Shown here piece after piece: positions 59,006 to 64,000 of a stretch of DNA of 64,000 nucleotides. Origin of the DNA: the human T2T-CHM13v2.0 reference genome, Homo sapiens. The stretch lies in assembly GCF_009914755.1 (NCBI RefSeq), contig NC_060936.1. One strand, 5' to 3'. The notes below the pieces were generated by a model. That model was given only the letters and a program-made list of their open reading frames with translations, was not told the DNA's origin and did no database searches. The translations under genes were made by a program, and so were the position numbers. Within the stretch, counting starts at the first letter, position 1, and each line of letters begins with the position of its first letter.

Positions 59006-61301
59006 ATGGAAAGTAGATGATAAACCTAGCAGAAATCTACTCATATTTCTATATCAATAAATACAAATATATGTGTGCCTATATACATAGATATATATGT
59101 GCAGGTGTGTGTGTAATATCTTAGATTTATGTGCATCAAGTTCATAACAGAAGCTGAATAGAGGAGAGACTATTAAAAAAAGAAAGTTTCAAAGATCAAG
59201 TTTTGGATCCTTATACTATTGATATCTTTCAATACTTCTGTCTCCTGTAATTTATCTAAGTACCTGCTTGTCACCTGTGTACATACATACCTCCTATAAT
59301 GTGTAAGCTCCTTGAGGAGAGGAAGTGTTTTATCAATTTTTTCATTCCCACAGCATGATTAGTGCATTGCAGTTTTACCATAAATATTTTGCTTTGTGAA
59401 AGAGTAAAGGAATTAATGTAACATTATTTCACATGCACCAAATAATGTGATTTTTCAAGAGGTGAAATACCAGCAGCAGGAGAATGAACTATCAATAATA
59501 TTACATTTGGTCATTTTCACTGAAGTATGATCTTACAGTAATTAACTATCTAAATATAAATCTGAATAAATTGTCGTTAGGTGTTAAAAAGCACTCTGTG
59601 GTATAGTCAAAAGGCACTTGGAGAGAAGTGATATTTCCTGAAAAGCAATTGTTAATGCACTGAAAAAATAATCATGAAAATTGCATTCCACAAACATTTC
59701 ACCATGTAACAGATTTGAAGTGTGTTTGTATTCTGTTTTGTGCGTGGCTCTAAGAAGTAGGTTGACTACTTTAAAAATAGACATTGTGACTCTTGGTAGA
59801 CTTTATTTTAAAACCCCATTGACCTGACGTTAGTAGAGCATTTCTTTTGAGGTCACAGTTGTGGAAAGTGGATTCAGTCATTTCAGAGCATATGGCAGAG
59901 CAACAAGCATAAACCTATGTTAATTAAATAGTCATGGTGTTTTAACAAGTTGGAATATATTTTCAAGATAAGTTATTCCAACTGATTACATTTACAGGCT
60001 ACTTAGAAAGAAAGATTTGTTTAAATGTTTGTCCACTAGATTTAACATCTCCTTGAGCTTTGGGAGTATTTTCTATAACTTCTTCAAACTATTTTAAGTT
60101 CCTCTTTACATGTGTTTAACATCTTCATTTTTCCTTACTAAAGGAAAAATACTATTTGAAAACACAATAGTGCTGGCTTCTGTTATAGGGTCCCAAGTGG
60201 TGACGTGGAATAAAGGGCTTATCACTTAGGTAATACCTGGATTAACCATAAATGCCTACTCTCCTCATGGTATGTGCTTAAGGGATTAAATCTCAACTTT
60301 ATTTACTCTCACTTCCCTCATTACTGCTAGTACAGCGGGGAGACAGAGTGTTCAGGGAGAATCACGGAGGAGGACTGCATCATGTTTATTAGCAGTCCTG
60401 GCAACAGACCTCCAAATAGTAGACAGACTTAACACGGTGAGTTTGTCCATACAGAAGGAAGGAGTCCAGCCAAGTGGGTAGTCTGCATGAAGTGCCAAGG
60501 AGGATGTCCTAACAGGTGGCCCATGGTATCAGAGGAATTTGGCAGAAGGTAATAGTGAGCTGGAAGCATTGGGTTTATCAGGCAAAAACTTTTAGGATTC
60601 AATCATGGGTACTGGAGTGACAAACGCATTCACTTGAAAATGAAACTAATGGTCTGGTTAGCATATGATATAGATGACAGTTGAAACTGATAGTAAATTC
60701 TGTGAGGGATTATCGTGAGCGGGAGAGATCACTCAGGTTTTTATGTATAACATGGAAAGAATGTAGTTTGAAGGAATTATAAGATTTGGTTAAGTAAGTG
60801 GAAAATAGAGACATTCAAGTTTTATCCCAATTTAAAGTAAAATGCTTCAGTCCCTGGGGTATTCGTTTAAAAGAGAGCTAGAACATGATTTAAAAAACTG
60901 GAAATATATAAATTCTATACTACTGCAGATGGGCAGGAATTTTTTCAAAGCCATCCTGAAGCAGCAAGATATAACTCATTTGCATTTGTCTTTTTCCAAT
61001 GAATGTGCTTTTTCTTATAATTAGAGCTTGACCATCGCTCTGAAAAGAATATTTCAGCCCTATCCCTCACTCTCATCTTTGCATGTGTGTCAAGGTTGGC
61101 CCTGGAAGTCTTGTGTAGTAGTTGCTACTTGTCATTGTCTCACTTGTACCCAGTAAAAAAAAGTGCAGCATTGAAGACTGACACATTCAGCCATGCTATT
61201 GGCACCCAAACTCAGAGCACTGCTGTACTTCAGGTCAGAATTGTATAGGTGATGCTAAATGCAAGCTATGGTGCAAGCTTTTCCTAGATCTGATGGACTG
61301 A

Positions 61302-61611
<310 letters not shown>

Positions 61612-63049
61612 TGTAACTATTTTTAATGGATGCTGTCAGGGATATGAAGTATTTCTATGGGCTCCTCTATGAGCTTTTTAAGTTACAATGATAAAGCTAA
61701 GGAACAAATTACAAAAGAACTTTGTAGGCAATGGAATCATGGAAGCCAGTATAACAATCCTCTATAATTCAGAGCATTCATTTTAAACTCATGCCTAAAA
61801 TAAGAAATGAAAAAGAGCTATTGTTAGACCGACAAGTTCATTAATATCATGAAGTCATGAAATTTTAGAGCAGGAGGAAAATTTAGGATCACTTTTTCAT
61901 ATCTTGAGTTTTACAGCTGAAGCCCAGGGAGGTTCTTTAATTTGCCTAAGGTCATAAAGTCAGTCAGTGGCAGGACCTGATGTAGAAGCTGGGTCTTCTG
62001 AACCTCTACCCACTACCCCAACGGGCAGTTTCTAAGTCAAGGTTTATTAACTCTGGAGTTGGACGTGAAGAGGCACGTTGGAGAATGTTGTCCAAGAGGC
62101 TCAGTGTCAAGTCTAGTTAGATTAAATGTGGAATCCAGTAACAGGAGACCATATGAGAACACTGCACAGTGAAATGAGGAACAAGCTACTAAGATGGGCA
62201 GAATGGTGCAATGAAAACACTACTGGACTAAAAAGACAGGAGTTGAGGGAGGGAAGAAGGCAGAAAAACTAAAAGGCCAACATTCATTGAGCACTTAATA
62301 TGTACTGGGCACTGTCCTGGATGCTTAGATGTACTTTATTTCATTTAATCTTACAAAACCTTCCAATAAGGATAATATTATTAATATTATTTATAACTTT
62401 ACAAATGAGAAGAAAATGGGAATTTCCTAAGGCACACAGATACAGTCTGGATTCAGCAGAATGAGAATTAAAAAAAAAAAAAAAACAGATCTGTCTGACT
62501 TCAAAGACCATACTTTTTTTCATAACTTGTTTTACTGTTGTGCATATAAAATGAAATAATATGCTGTATACAAAGTTGAAAACAAAGCACATTGCAGGTG
62601 ATAGGAAGTTTAGTGAATGACGGGAACACTCTTGCAATAGACTAAAGTCAGGGCTGCATAGTTCTTAGTGGCAGTGTGACCTTAGTTAAGTCAGCTTGTT
62701 TCTAGGAATCCACTTTTCTCGTTGATAGCATGACAGTTTTTTCCTTCCTCTTGTTACAAGATTTTTTTGTGATGGTCAATTTTTTTTAAATGCTTGAAGT
62801 ATGATGTTTTTGCATGTCAAAAGTACATAATGTGGATAGAAGAAAATTAATTTAGTTGAAAAATGTTTCAGTTTTTCTTTGAATTACAATTGATCATTCA
62901 GACCTTTGGTTTTAACTAAGAAAAACTATAGTAATATGACGGTATATAAAGAATTTGGAGTAGGAGAAACAATGTAGCCATAACCTACAAATAGAGGCAT
63001 ACTCTAAGGCAGTGATTCTCACTGTTATCTGATGATAAGAATCACTGGG

Positions 63050-63350
<301 letters not shown>

Positions 63351-64000
63351 TCACCGGAACCTTTACAGAGATGTGAGTTCTCTGGATCAGAAGAGCTCCA
63401 GGAGTTTCTTGTTTAGTAAGTGGGTAATGGTGCCTGGGATATATGTTCCTTTAAATCATTACAGATGATTCTTGCAATCATAGTTACCTGCATTAGAAGC
63501 ACCTGGGTTCTGCTTAAAAATGCAGATTCTTGGGTCTTCCTCTTACATCTAGTAGTATGAGAATCACTAGGGGATTCTGCCTGGAAATACGAGTTTAAAA
63601 TTAGACTATGATTTCTCAGCTCTCATGTAACTCTGGTAATAAGTGAATGTTTGCTATTGCTTTGATCAGATGGCTGTACATGACAGAACTGCAAGAAAAT
63701 TCTAAACTGCTAGATGATAGTCTCAGTTTATTGCATTTGAAGATGTTTGGGGAATTGTTCAGAATTTTGAATTTCTCCTATAAAACTATATCACTACTGT
63801 TGTGTATTTGTGGAAAGCTGAAAAATAAAACTAAATATATTCTGGATACATTTTTCTCAATTTTTATGTGAGTATATATATATATGTATATACATATATG
63901 TATGCTGAAAACGATATTTATATCTGAGAGATTACCGTTTGTTCAACCTTTGATTTCAGTAGCTGAGTACATTCATTTGGCAAGTCGAATAAGGTCTAAA

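Overview
This is AT-rich, repeat-dense primate DNA (most likely human) from inside TMEM117 on the + strand. One 160-nt coding exon (52274-52433, probably exon 6) sits between large introns filled with L1, Alu, MaLR LTR, L2, MIR and MER elements. Almost every ORF in the supplied track is a repeat remnant. The most interesting object is at about 101-1860 on the - strand: a decayed, intron-less IQCF1 copy. Its 5' end is the transcribed part of an MST (MaLR) LTR, running from about the start site to the splice donor. Its 3' end runs through foreign unique sequence into an L1MA poly(A) tail, and a candidate target-site duplication brackets the whole. It looks like the retrotransposed fossil of an LTR-initiated, spliced IQCF1 transcript. 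Other notable structures: a complete sense THE1A provirus with DUX4 motifs and an intact splice donor upstream of the exon; a triple-nested L1; a twin-primed L1; a chimeric L1 (5'UTR fused to a 3' end); and a near-full-length old L1 with a tandem-monomer 5'UTR. Gene and subfamily names come from recalled consensus sequences, not from searches.
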